NCBI RefSeq assembly: GCF_030684315.1
Contig: NC_081373.1
Coordinates: 48,932,066-48,996,065 of the forward strand
Length of the DNA: 64,000 nucleotides
From: Stegostoma tigrinum
Taxonomy: Eukaryota
Reading direction: 5' to 3'
Part shown: positions 38,380 to 49,807 of the stretch, piece by piece
How the letters are laid out: each line of letters starts with the position of its first letter
How positions within the stretch are numbered: position 1 is the stretch's first letter
Made by a program: the position numbers and the translations under genes
Notes under the pieces: model-generated
Told to the model about the DNA's origin: nothing
Seen by the model: only the letters and a program-made list of their open reading frames with translations
Databases searched by the model: none

Positions 38380-39030
38380 AAATGAAGAAACATGACTGAA
38401 AAGTCAGGGTCATGTTAAAGACGCTACAAAGTGCCCTCACACTAAATGAAAAGTCCCAATTCTCTAGATTGACAATTTTGTCCCTAGGACACGTTATCCA
38501 AGAACATGACATTATGGTGAATCCAAGCATCAATTCTCAAGAGGTATCAGTGAATTTCTTGTAGATTACTCATTTCAAAAGAAGTCTCAAAATAATCTCT
38601 ACATTAAAGTAGGTTTCAGCCATAAGATTATGAAACACGACAAAAAAACCGATCATGTTCCAACAAGACACAAGTAATGGCAGATCCGCACCTGACGGCA
38701 GCAGTGGATTAAGCAGAAAAAGAGGAGCTTATTCGATTGTCATAACCAATGTTTCAGTAGTTACTGAAGGAAAATTCAAACAAATCTGTGTAGCTCAAAA
38801 ACCTGACAAATTGTTCAGAGGTCAAACAACTCTGTCTGCAACAGTGGTTGAAATATAGTCCAGCAGACCAAGTGTTGAAGAGGTACTATGAGCAGAAACA
38901 ACACTTGACAATATTGGAAGATTTACTGATGTACAAGGGTTACACCAATATTGATGCAAAGAGAAATCCTGTAAAAACTTCACAATATCCATTCAGGCAT
39001 TACAAAGTGCACAGCAAGAGCACAGAAATC
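38380..39030 (+). mobile_element. Gypsy/Ty3 pol relic (RT end and integrase zinc-binding region)
   Basis: LTLNEKSQFSRLTILSLGHVIQEHDIMVNP (~38436-38525), and YYEQKQHLTILEDLLMYKG..MQREIL*KLHNIHSGITKCTARAQ (~38885-39025). Confidence 0.75.
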
Positions 39031-39204
39031 GGAGAGGGGAACAGCAGCAATTAGTCATTTCAAAAGACCTCTGTTTGAGATTGCCACTACTCGGAAAATC
39101 TACTCCATGATTTTATATCTAAAATTTTAAATTGACACCATTTAATTGGTCAGCAGAAAATAAATTGTATATCCTCTTATTTTCATTTTATTTTTGGGTA
39201 GGTC

Positions 39205-39540
39205 AGCCGTTGGCACTGCTGCCTCACAGCGCCAGGAACCAGGGTTCAATTTCACCCTCAGGTAATTATGTGGAATTTATACATTCTCCCCATGTCTGCA
39301 TGGGTTTCCTCTGGGTGCTCCAGTTACTTCCTACAGTGCAAAGATATGCAGGTTAGGGGGAATTCCTCATGTTAAATTGCCCATAGTGTCCTGGGATTGC
39401 AGGCTAGGTGTACTGGCCATGGTCCATGCAACATTATGGGGATAGGGTGTGGGGCTGCATCTGAGTGGGATGTGTTTCAAAGAGCTGGTGCAGAATTGAT
39501 GGGTCAAGTGGCATCTTTCTGCTCTGCAGGGATTCTATTT
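39205..39540 (+). mobile_element. HE1-type V-SINE
   Basis: gcactgctgcctcacagcgccagg..gggttcaatt head, V-domain cattctccccatgtctgcatgggtttcctctgggtgctcc, CR1-like tail. Confidence 0.85.
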
Positions 39541-40496
39541 AAATATGATATCAAAGTGACAAAACTGCATTAGGTAAGTCATAAGCAATATATCATCTTT
39601 GATTATATTGCTCAATCCTGCTTCATCCAGCAGTGCTATTTTGCAGGTGTGGGTGCCAAGGTGTGGAACTACTAAAGTAGAGATATTTGGAAAAAGTTAG
39701 AAAACAATTTAACAGACAGTAAAAACTTTTTGAATGTTTACTCTAAAGTATTTTTTCTCCGCCTAATGCATTGCAGGTCCTCATGCATATTTGTCCTCCT
39801 GAAACAGGGGCAAGTTGTAAATGAATTGTAGCACAACCCACAATGGACTGTGGAAGATATAATAGAAAAAATCTGATCTTAATCAAACCAGTTACTTATA
39901 CTTAATGGCATGGTTTATTGTAAGGAAAAATGAAACTTGTTCTTACTCAAGTCATTTTTATTCGTAAATGCTTTGACATTGCTGTAGCACAGGAGCAGTG
40001 CAATATTCTATCGTACATCTTTCTTTTCTGAAAACTCATTTTTATTTTCAAACTAAAATGCATGAATCAGGTGTATGGTATGAAATAAATGGCAATTTTA
40101 ATACACTCAGTCTCTCAGCGACAGACCTGCACTTATGCATTCTGACAGTTTTTCTCCAAAAAGTGCACACTGTGGGAGTTGCTGGTAAAGAGTACTTGCA
40201 AGAAAATGCAATTATGGTGGTGAAGCTGTAGGAATATCAGCAAACATCACTGATTACGAACTCTCAGGGCTCTGGGCACAGAATACTGTGACCATCCCCA
40301 TCAACTCTTCAAAACACATGTATGTTGTCAAACACACTAAACTAAAAAGCTTGTAGAAAGTTTTAATTCTGCTTTGAAAATAAAACAAAACATGCAACTT
40401 ACTATTTTACTGAAACTAAGCAAATTTGTCACCATATGAATACTGCTGCATTTATTGAAATTTAATTTGACAAAAATGTCTTTGTCTCATGAGGCT

Positions 40497-40813
40497 TTAG
40501 AATAGATTAGATTCACCACAGTGTGGAAACAGGCCCTTTGGCCCAATAAATCCAAACCACCCCTTGGAGCATCCCACCGAGACCCATCCCCATAACCATC
40601 ACACCCCTAAATTGCCAATTTAGCAATTTAGCATGGTCGATCCACCTAGCCTGCACATCTTTTGGACTGTGGGAAGAAACCGGAGCACCCGGAGGAAACC
40701 CACGCAGACACGGGGAGAATGTGCAAACTCCACACAGACAGTTACCCGAGGCTGGAATCGAACCTGGGTCCCTGGTGCTGTAAGGCTGCAGTGCTAACCA
40801 CTGAGCCACCGTG
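40497..40813 (-). mobile_element. HE1-type V-SINE, well preserved
   Basis: A box TGGCTCAGTGG, B box GGTTCGATTCC, V-domain gtggagtttgcacattctccccgtgtctgcgtgggtttcctccgggtgctccggtttc, CR1/HER1-like tail. Confidence 0.92.
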
Positions 40814-40912
40814 AAAATCAGAGCACGTCATTGACCTCTCTTTCCATCTGAGCTGAAGAATAAGGGGACAACTGTGTCGTCATGTTGAAGCTGGATTTGG
40901 GGCAGTTAGTAC

Positions 40913-41052
40913 CCCTCTCCCTGCATGAAGGGTCTAGCCTGAAACGTCATCTTTTGTTCTCCTAAGATGCTGCTTGGCCTGCTGTGTTCATCCAGCTCCA
41001 CACCCTGTTATCTTGGATTCTCCAGCATCTGCAGTTCCCATTATCTCTGATC
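40913..41052 (+). mobile_element. PLE-derived single-arm element, family 1, decayed HHR
   Basis: ctgcatgaagggtctagcctGAAACGTC...cccattatctctga. Possible TSD cagttagtac / cagtgactac (40903-40912 / 41053-41062). Confidence 0.8.
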
Positions 41053-41139
41053 CAGTGACTACTTGAATATAAGCTGACAGGTGCCTGAATTCTGCCTGCC
41101 TCCCCAGTCTTTATCCTCAGTCGGGTGTCTCACTCCCAC

Positions 41140-42275
41140 ATTTACCGAGACACAGCAAAAAGTATTGTTGTTACACGCTGTCCAGATAAGTCATACCTTA
41201 CATCTGCACATCAGGGTAACAGAACAGAATGCCGAGTATAGTGTTTTGAAGAAGGTGCAGAGAAAGATCAACTCTGGTAACAGTGGGTAAAAGGCTGTTC
41301 TTAAATCTGTTCGTACATGTTCTCAAACTATTGTATCTTCTGGCCAATGGAAGAGGGTGGAAGAGTGTAATCGGGGAAGGGGAAAGGGTCTTTGATTATA
41401 TTGGTTGCTCTCACAAGCCAGCAGGAAGTGTAGACAGAGTCAACGGGTGAAAGGCTGGTTTTCGTGATGGACTGGGCTGTGTTTGCAACTCTGTAATTTA
41501 TTGTGGTCTTGGGCACAGTACTTGCCACACCACACTGTGACACATCTGGGCAGAATGCTTTCTACAGTGCATCTATAAAAGTTGGTAATTGCGGACATGA
41601 CAAATTTCCTCAGCTTTCTGAGAAAGGAGAGGCATTGGTGTGCTTTCTTGGCTGGAACATCGGTATGCATGGACCAGGACAAATCGTTGGTGACATTTAT
41701 TCCAAGTAATTTTATGGTCTTGACGTCCTCCACTTCGGCACCATTGATACAGACAGGGGTACATCCTTCACTCTGCTTTCAGCTCCTTCATTTTGCTGAA
41801 ATTGAGGGAGAGACTGTTGTCTTTACACCATGCCACTAAGCTGTCCATCTCCTCCCTGTACTCTGTCGTGTCATTGTTTGAGATCTGGACCCACTACAGT
41901 GGTGTCATCAGTAAATTTGCAAATGTAGTTAGAGCTGAATTTGGCCACATTGTCACGAGAGCAGAAGGAGAATAGTAAGGGGCTGAGTACGCAGACTTGT
42001 GGGGCACCGGTGTTGAAGATTATCGTGGAGGAGTTGGTGTTGCCTATCCTTACTGACTGTGATCTATGTGTCAGGAAGTCGAAGAACTGGTTGCAGAGGA
42101 AGGAGCAGAGTCCCAGATCTCTGAGTTTAGAGATGGGTTTGGCTGGAATTATGGTGTTGAAGGTGGGGCAAAAGTAAGTAAATATGAGTCTGATGTAAGT
42201 GCCGTTGTTATCCAGATGTTCTAGGAATGAGTGCATGGCTAAGGAAATGGTGTCTGCGGCGAACCTGATGTGATA
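41140..42275 (-). mobile_element. Rex1/Babar-like LINE, RT to 3' end
   Basis: LEHLD..GTYIRLIF..FNTIIP..GAPQVCVLSPLLFS..KFTDDTTVVG, then LGINVTNDLSW..KKAHQ..FLRKLRKF..NFYRCTVESIL. Confidence 0.88.
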
Positions 42276-42423
42276 GTAATCTGACAGTTTGAGTTCTAAT
42301 AGTCAAGCACGGATCCTTGGTCTCAGGCACAGGGGTCTATGAAGATTTATTGCTGAACTCTCCAACCCACAGAGGGGTCTGATTAGCTGCACAAATGGGG
42401 AAACAACTAGGATTCCCTTATGT

Positions 42424-42564
42424 CAGAGATAAAGGGAACTGCAGATGTTGGAGTATCCGAGATAACAGAGTGTGGAGCTGGATGAGCACAGCAGGCCAAG
42501 CAGCGTCTTAGGAGCACAAATGCTGCTTGGTCTGCTGTGTTCATCCAGCTCCACACTTTGTTAT
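42424..42564. mobile_element. PLE-derived fold-back element, family 1, HHR deleted, perfect 17-bp TSD
   Basis: ctaggattcccttatgt at 42407-42423 and 42565-42581. Arms join at ggagcacaaa|tgctgcttgg (~42520). Confidence 0.9.
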
Positions 42565-44547
42565 CTAGGATTCCCTTATGTGCCTTCTTTGGCAGGAATT
42601 TCTGGGCATGACCATGGTAAGCCTGTGTGTGAACACTGAATGGCATACAGGAAGTAAAATGTCAACTAAAAAACTCGGTATTTCGAAAAGATTGCAAAGG
42701 CCTCATGCAGAGATTCAAACAAAATTGAGAACGGATAAATTTATACTCACGTTTGCAAAATGTGTAGTTTTCTTAATGCATTTCAATTCTATCAATTATA
42801 ATGATTTAGCTTGTAGGTTACCAGGTAACCTGGAAAATAGCAGGGAAAACATTGCAGCAAAATAATACCTTTCGTTACCTGTTGTAAAGACAGATTGTGT
42901 ATATGACCGGTGTTACCATTTTATAGCACAATGTCCAATTACTGCACAGACACTTCCTTAAAGTCTAATTATTCTGATACAGAGCCTGAGATTGTTGAGG
43001 GCAATTATTTTTCTCTGTAGATTGGCAGATTTAAATTCCTCAGCTTTCACAAAAGGTCAGAAGGAACAATCAAGAAATAATTGGCTTCCTTTTACTTCTG
43101 TTATACTTCAAGTAAATTTGTAACAAAAACTTACAGGTGGTAATCTGAAAATCTGACAGAAACATCTTAGAATTTGCACAGCATTATTACAGTGAGTCAA
43201 AGGAAGGGAGTATTTTATCATGCTACATATTAAAACAAAAATTCCAAATCCTTTAAAGTGCAATATGAGACAATGACACATGGTTCCTTCACATTAAATA
43301 GTGCACTTGCCAATCAAATTTAAACAATTTAAATTAGGAAAAAAAAGCCAGGATTACTCATATTGTCTTAGATTTTGTTGAACTGCAAGGGAATTGGTGG
43401 GGGTTGAATTTCAATGATGGATTGGACATGAGTAACAAGCATCCATTCAACTGCAATGAGTTATGAGCGACGTTCGGGATCACGCCACTTCGTCGTGATT
43501 GGTTAGGTTTACTGGAGAGGTCGTCCAATATTTCTATTAAAATAATATGAATGGAAGTTGGCAATCAAAGTTTTAACCTATGGGTTATTCATTGCTTAGA
43601 CGCATTCACACAGAAGGGAGTTTGAATTCCCAATATGGAGGCAGTGACTCCATATCTTATCTTGTTCCATAAGGTGCATCTTGAGGCTTCAGCAAATGCT
43701 TACCCTCAGGCTGCACTCACATGTTTCCAGCATCATTCTATGAACTTGTCTTCCTACAGCTCTCGGTGGTGTCACTTTTGCTGACGTTTCCAAGAATATG
43801 CAAGTGGAGGAAGGATGATGCCAGGCTGAAGGGAAGAGTAAATACTCTTATGTCAACACTCATCATAGGTAAATTAAGAGAAATACCATAGAAATGTCTG
43901 TGAAAGTGCATAAAAGGTATATAAACTCACAAGAATTGTATAACCATTAACGACGCTGTTAAAGGCATTGCCAAAGTATTTAAAACTCCCGTCCTTTAAA
44001 CTTTGGACACAAAAACTGTCGGCAGTTTCGAAAAAAAAAGTATTGTTATTCAATCTGCGCATAAAGGTAAATTGGAAGGTTAATATTAAAGGATTTGCAC
44101 TGCATGATTGATTTCACAACCTATCGATATGACTGTGGAATGCCAATCAGCTCTCAGTTTGATTCAGAGCTCGAAGTGCTAATAAAGTCTTTGAATAGAA
44201 CATGAATACAAATGCTTGTATATAGGGGATCAAGTACTTGAAAGAAGTAAAATCTTACAAATGTTTCGGATAATCAACGTGTAACTTTTTAAAAAAGTAA
44301 TGAATACATCAACAGAATTTTATTTCATTTCATCATAGCATGTATCTGGAGGTCTGCCTGTGCTAAACACTGGATGATTGGCATGGAGAGTATTAAAGCA
44401 AAGGTAGATCAGTGAGCATGCTTGGCTTAACTGAGCTTGCATCAAATTGGCATGGAGCTATAAAAGGCTCATGGGATGAGGTGCATGAGGCCATGAAAAC
44501 CAGTGGCAACAATCAGCATGGAACGGCATAGGTGTATATGGTAAGGA

Positions 44548-44965
44548 TATAGAATCATAGAATCCCTGCAGCATTGAAATAGGCCATTTAGTCTATCAAG
44601 TCCACACTCACCCTCCAATCATCATCCCATCCAGAACCATCCTCCTGCTCCATTCTATCTAACCTATTCATGGCTGAAAGCAACTAATGCTGGAGATCAC
44701 AGTCGTCACACAGCACCCATGAAGAGAGAGCAAGTTAATGTTTCAAGTCTAGATAACTCTTCAACAGAGCTGATGTCTATGTATCCCTGGATGCTATGAG
44801 CAATTTAGCATGGTCAAATCACCAGACCAGTACATCTTTGGACTGTGGGAGGAAACCAGAGCACCTGGAAGAAACAAACCCAGACACTGACAGTCACCCG
44901 AGGCTGGAATCAAACCCAGATCCCTACCGCTGTGAATCCGCATTCCTAACCACTGTGTCGCCCAT
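44548..44965 (-). mobile_element. HE1-type V-SINE with nested PLE family-2-like fragment (44675-44772)
   Basis: atagaatcatagaatccc tail and catctttggactgtgggaggaaaccagagcacc V-domain. The insert reads reverse ctctgttgaagagttatctagacttgaaacattaacttgc. Confidence 0.8.
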
Positions 44966-46957
44966 GACATTTGCGGGATGAGGCCTGGAATATTGTATTT
45001 TTACAGCTATGGCAGGCCAACAGCACAGAGATAGGTGTTTTAAGCCATTTAACCTTAAAAGCACTATTGCTGCCTCTGAACTGTTTGCGGGGGCTCCAAT
45101 TAACACCAGCTAATGCCCACCACCCCTATTCCCCTTCCTCGTCAAACCCCGCCCCTCCAAAAAGACCAAGATGAAAATCTGACTGTCTGGGGGCACTTTG
45201 CCCAGATTCTGTGTTCATGACCGGACAGTATAATTCAGGTCAGAAAGTCCACTTGCTGAAGGGCACATGTCAGCTCTTTGTACAAACTTGTACATTCAGC
45301 AAGTCAGCTCCAGCCAGAGGTCAGCACAAACTAAGTCAAGATGCCAGTGAATAACAGGTAACGAGTGTCTAGAGTTTCAGCACAGACAAGGTGGCAAACA
45401 AGAGGGCAGAATGGCTTGTCATGAACTGTGTATCAACCCAAATAACAGAGGGAAAAAAATATACAGCCACTAAAGCCCAAGTCAATAATTCAAGTTGCAA
45501 GCAATCACTTCAAATCAGGCCCTAGGCAGTCAACGCAGGAGGAAGCCTCTGTGACTAAATGTTTTTCCTGAGAATTAAATAACGGCATAAGGAACAGCAT
45601 GAGTAGCCATCATTTCATTTAGAATTGTTCCATTTGTTGTAGGTGTTACTTAAATGGTTACAGTTTCAACGAGTTGAAAAATCCATAATGGTTGACTCAA
45701 TCAATTATTTGAACAAGTTCACAAGTGCTGGTCAGGTTAGAGTTAGCAGAATTCTTTTAAAAAAAAACTGAAGGTTTTATTGCTCAGTTTTCTGCTGCAT
45801 GCTCATTTATCATTGGCTCTTATGAAGTGAATGATGTTACTTTATTCACATTTACAATAAATATTTATTTAGTTAAGCCAGGCAGTGCCCTTTGTCTGAT
45901 GCATCAATACAGCCTCATGGTGTGACAATTAGAGAGGCAACACTCTTGAGATGTACTAGGTTTCAGATTGCACTTTAGTTGAAAGTTACTGTGGATGGAC
46001 CCAAGCCCAATCCAAGACTTGAAGAGTTAAACTGGACAATATCAAATGAACCCTTTCATACCAATATACGATCAACTAACAGAGAAAATGGCGGGACTTT
46101 TCTGAAAGTGAATATGTGCTGTGATAGTTTAAGGACTGGCTAAATCTGCAAGGCAGCGTGAACAATTGTTAATTGACAATGTACATGAGGTCAAAATATA
46201 TGTTTAATAGTGGAAATAAGGATCAAAGCCAACAGTGCTGGTCCAATAAAATGGGTGCAATTCAGGAAGAAGTTTAAGGGTCTAACAAATTTCAAGATGC
46301 ACAAATTCACCTTAAAACAAGCAGTAATCCTCTCTATTATTTAATTTATTACACTTACAGAATTCTCATGCTATAACTGGTATTCAAACATTGAAATCAT
46401 AAGCCTAACCTTACCCCCAGACATTTAGCATTTTGATAATTCTTACAGCTATAAATAATATGCACTAGTAGCTATTCAACCCTGACTGCTACATCACTCA
46501 AATGAATTACAGAACATTCAACGATGCACTCTCCTTGAACTATAGCCAGTCACACACAACAGGTGATAATAGCACCCAATGTATTTTAGTCACCTTGATC
46601 CTTTGCTTCAGTCATATTCAACATCTTTCAATCACATTACAATCCATTGTTCTGAATCTTTTATTTCCTGGCCAAGTCTCATTTTAATCTTCCTCTGACA
46701 CTTTCTATTCCAATTACGGGTCCAAAATAGTTTACATTTGAAAAAGGCTTGCTAATTTTACTGTATTTTGTGAAATCACTAGTTTTTGTTCTGCTATGAA
46801 AATATCCTTCCTCTTTAATTTACTAAAACTTGATGTTTCTCTGCAACATTTCTGGTTTTGGGAAGAAAATGTAAACCTCATATTTCTGACTTATAGGGTG
46901 CCAAAGCCTTTTTCTCATTAACATTGATCCACAAATGATCACTTTGCTGCTTTCACT

Positions 46958-47620
46958 TGATATGACCAGATGAGAAGTGTGAACCGGCTCCCCCTTTCCA
47001 ATAAACCAAGGAGGTTAAAGAGCAAAATGTCCCATTTTTCACAAGGTTAATTCTCTCTCCAATTAAAAATGAAATTAACTGTGTTTGGCCATGAGCAATA
47101 TGTCAGTCAACGAGGTTCTTGAGTCAAAGAGCAAATTAGTTCCCTGTTAAGCCAGGGAAAAATAAACAAAAACGGTGATGCTATGCTTATGGATTTGGTG
47201 CTGTCACTACAGCCCAGAGGCACAAAGTCAAAGGGGAATATCATCCAATACAAAAGAAGATAACACTAAACCTGGTTTGGAGTCCTTTGGCCCTCAGAGG
47301 TGTAAGGTCTTTTAACCTAAGGTTTACATTGCTCTGCAGGTTTTTTGACAGCAATCACTCATGACAAATGGAATAACTATTGAAAGGCTTTGGTTCATAG
47401 TTGGTTTCTCTTAGGGCAGATCAATTTTGACACATCCGAGTGTCACTTCCAGAAAAAGACAGAAAATGTCCTTATTCTTAAAGTTACAGCAAGTATCTCA
47501 ATGTTAATTTCTTTTTTTGATTGTCTTTTAGTAAAATTACGGACTTCTAAGCATAGCTTCTCATAAGGCTGGGACGGTGGTGGTATTTAGATGTGTCAAA
47601 ACTGGCTGTTGGTCACAATC
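46958..47620. mobile_element. Probable solo LTR
   Basis: Imperfect terminal inverted repeat tgatatgacca...tggtcacaat around ~660 bp of non-coding sequence. No clear TSD. Confidence 0.4.
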
Positions 47621-47717
47621 AAGATCATCCATGTTTACAGAAGTTCATCTGTGAACCATTGATATGGGGGATGGGGATTCATTCTTCCTTTTTGCCTAAC
47701 ATTTCAGTTTGAAATCT

Positions 47718-48320
47718 TGAGTATAGGAGATGGGATGTCATGTTGTGGCTGCACAGAACATTGTTAAGGCCACTTTTGGAGTACTGTGTTCAATTCTAGT
47801 CTCCCTGCTATGGGAAAGATGTTGTGAAACTTGAAAGGTTTCAGAAAAGAGATTATAAGGATCACCAGGGTTAGAGTCTTTGAGCTACAGGGAGAGGCTG
47901 AATAATCTATGGCCATTTTCCCTGGAGCATTGGAGGCTGAGGGGTGATCTTATAGAGGTTTATAAAATCATGAGGAGCATGGATAAGGTGAATAGTCAAG
48001 GTCTTTTTCCCCAATATAGGGGAGTCTGGAACAAGAAGGAATAGATTTAAGGTGAGAGAAGATAGATATTTGAAGGTCCTGAAGGGGCAACTTTTTCACA
48101 TAGAGGGTGGTGTGTGTGGAATGAGCTGCCAAAAGAAGTGTAGAGGCTGAAACAATTACAACATTTAAAAGTCACCTGGATGGGTACATGACTAGAAAGG
48201 GTTTAGAGGGTTAGGGGCCAAATGCTAACAAATGGGACTAGATTAATTTAGGATGTTTGGTTGACATCGGTAAGTTGAACCAAAGGGTCTGTTTCTGTGC
48301 TGTATATTTCTATAACTCTA
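47718..48320 (+). mobile_element. CR1 LINE 3' end
   Basis: RPLLEYCVQF..RLRGDLIEVYKIMR; tail gggtctgtttctgtgctgtatatttctataactcta. Confidence 0.9.
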
Positions 48321-48864
48321 AAATTCAACTGATTTCCAAGACCTTTTATGTCACTTCCATTCCTAACAATTTCCAGACACTTAATTACAACCTATAAAGC
48401 AATCGTATCTTGTTCAGGTCTGTAATAACTAAAGATTGAGAAGATTTGCCATTGCCCTAAAATCCAATTGTTTCTTTTACTCTTCTGACCATTCTATCTG
48501 TGCCAAAATGGTTAATGTGTTAAATCACATGGAACATTTCATAACCTTCATCCATGATTAGATTTAGTAATATATTTTGATTCAGTCATGCCGATTGCTC
48601 TTCTGTCTCATGATTATTCTGGCTGTTTTATCTAAAGCATCCAAAACCAACTTTACCCGTTTTCATAAATTCTCCAAAGCTACAGACAGTTACTAAATGC
48701 AACCTTTTTAATACTGTTACCCTGTTACAAAAAGGCATCAATAATATTCTGTTTCTCATATAGCAGTTGTTTCTTCTGAAACCAACGATGATGATGATGT
48801 TACTGGACTAATAAAGAGGAAACATTAGATAATTTAGACAATTAATAAAGTCTCTATTGAAGGA

Positions 48865-49290
48865 CTTGACTAATTTTGCCTGTACCAAGCTTTCAGGCAA
48901 TACATTCCAGATTCTAATTACACTCAGGCAAAACTAAACATTTTCCATTTGTTTCACTGTGTTTTGTTTTAAATTTACCAATCACCTTGAATCAGTATCC
49001 TTTAGTTGCAGATCCTTCTATCAACAGGAATACTTCCTCACCAACTGCTACATACAGACCTGTCATGAATTTGAACACCTCTACAAATCCCCTCTTAAAT
49101 TTTCTCCTCCAAGAAGAACAGTCCCAGTTTCCCCAAGGTATCCACACCAATGAAATTTCTCGTCTCTGGAAACACTTCCATGAGTCTTTTTCTCGCCCTC
49201 TCTTAAAGCAGTAGCATCTTTCCGAATGTTTCATGTCCAGAATTGGGCACTGCACTCCAGTTGCGGTTGAATCACTGGGCAGAATCTTAG
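48865..49290 (-). mobile_element. CR1 3' region, degenerate
   Basis: SSWRRKFKRGFVEVFKFMTG..EVFLL.EGSATKG in ORF 48992-49294. Confidence 0.7.
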
Positions 49291-49565
49291 CCAACTCCTG
49301 CGAAGAGTCGTTATTAATGAGTTTCTCTCCTTGAGTCGCAGCAAGTTTTCTCTCATGCTATCATCCCATACTCACCTCATCAGCTATGCACCAGGCCCCA
49401 TGGCACCCACTCATCAAACTCTATTGCTCGCCATAGGCAGAGGTACTCACCAATGTCAGATATCCCAAGATCCCTGATGCTAGCACCATACCTGAAAGAT
49501 GGTCATGCACATGGTCAAACACAGGTAGTCTGGAGTTGCCCTGCACAGTTTGTATATTTGCATTG

Positions 49566-49790
49566 GACATGACAGACAAGAGGAAATCGGTGCCTCATAT
49601 TGTGGACGTCCTGGTGTATGGGTGGTGTGGAGCTGGACTGTACTCCTGTCCCAAGCAGAACAGACCAGCATATCAGACCCTGCCAGCCTTGTCTGAGGTT
49701 GCCACCTGCATCAGTGAATTGTCAACAGACCCAAGAAACAGCAGCAATGCCACAAATTGATCAATGACCTCTTCTGCTCTGTCAGAGTAA
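49566..49790 (+). pseudogene. Relic of Myb/SANT-like DNA-binding ORF of a PIF/Harbinger transposon
   Basis: MTDKRKSVPH..DVLV.G..QTLPALSEVATCISELSTDPRN, then a frameshift to QQCHKLINDLFCSVR followed by gtaa. This resembles the W..VA..VS....R...QCRKK.NDL pattern of Harbinger Myb/SANT proteins. Confidence 0.55.
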
Positions 49791-49807
49791 TTACTTCTCT
49801 TCTATTA

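Noticed and set aside
40745-40813. tRNA gene
   Set aside because: The A and B boxes are the head of an HE1-type SINE followed by the V-domain; I see no complete cloverleaf.
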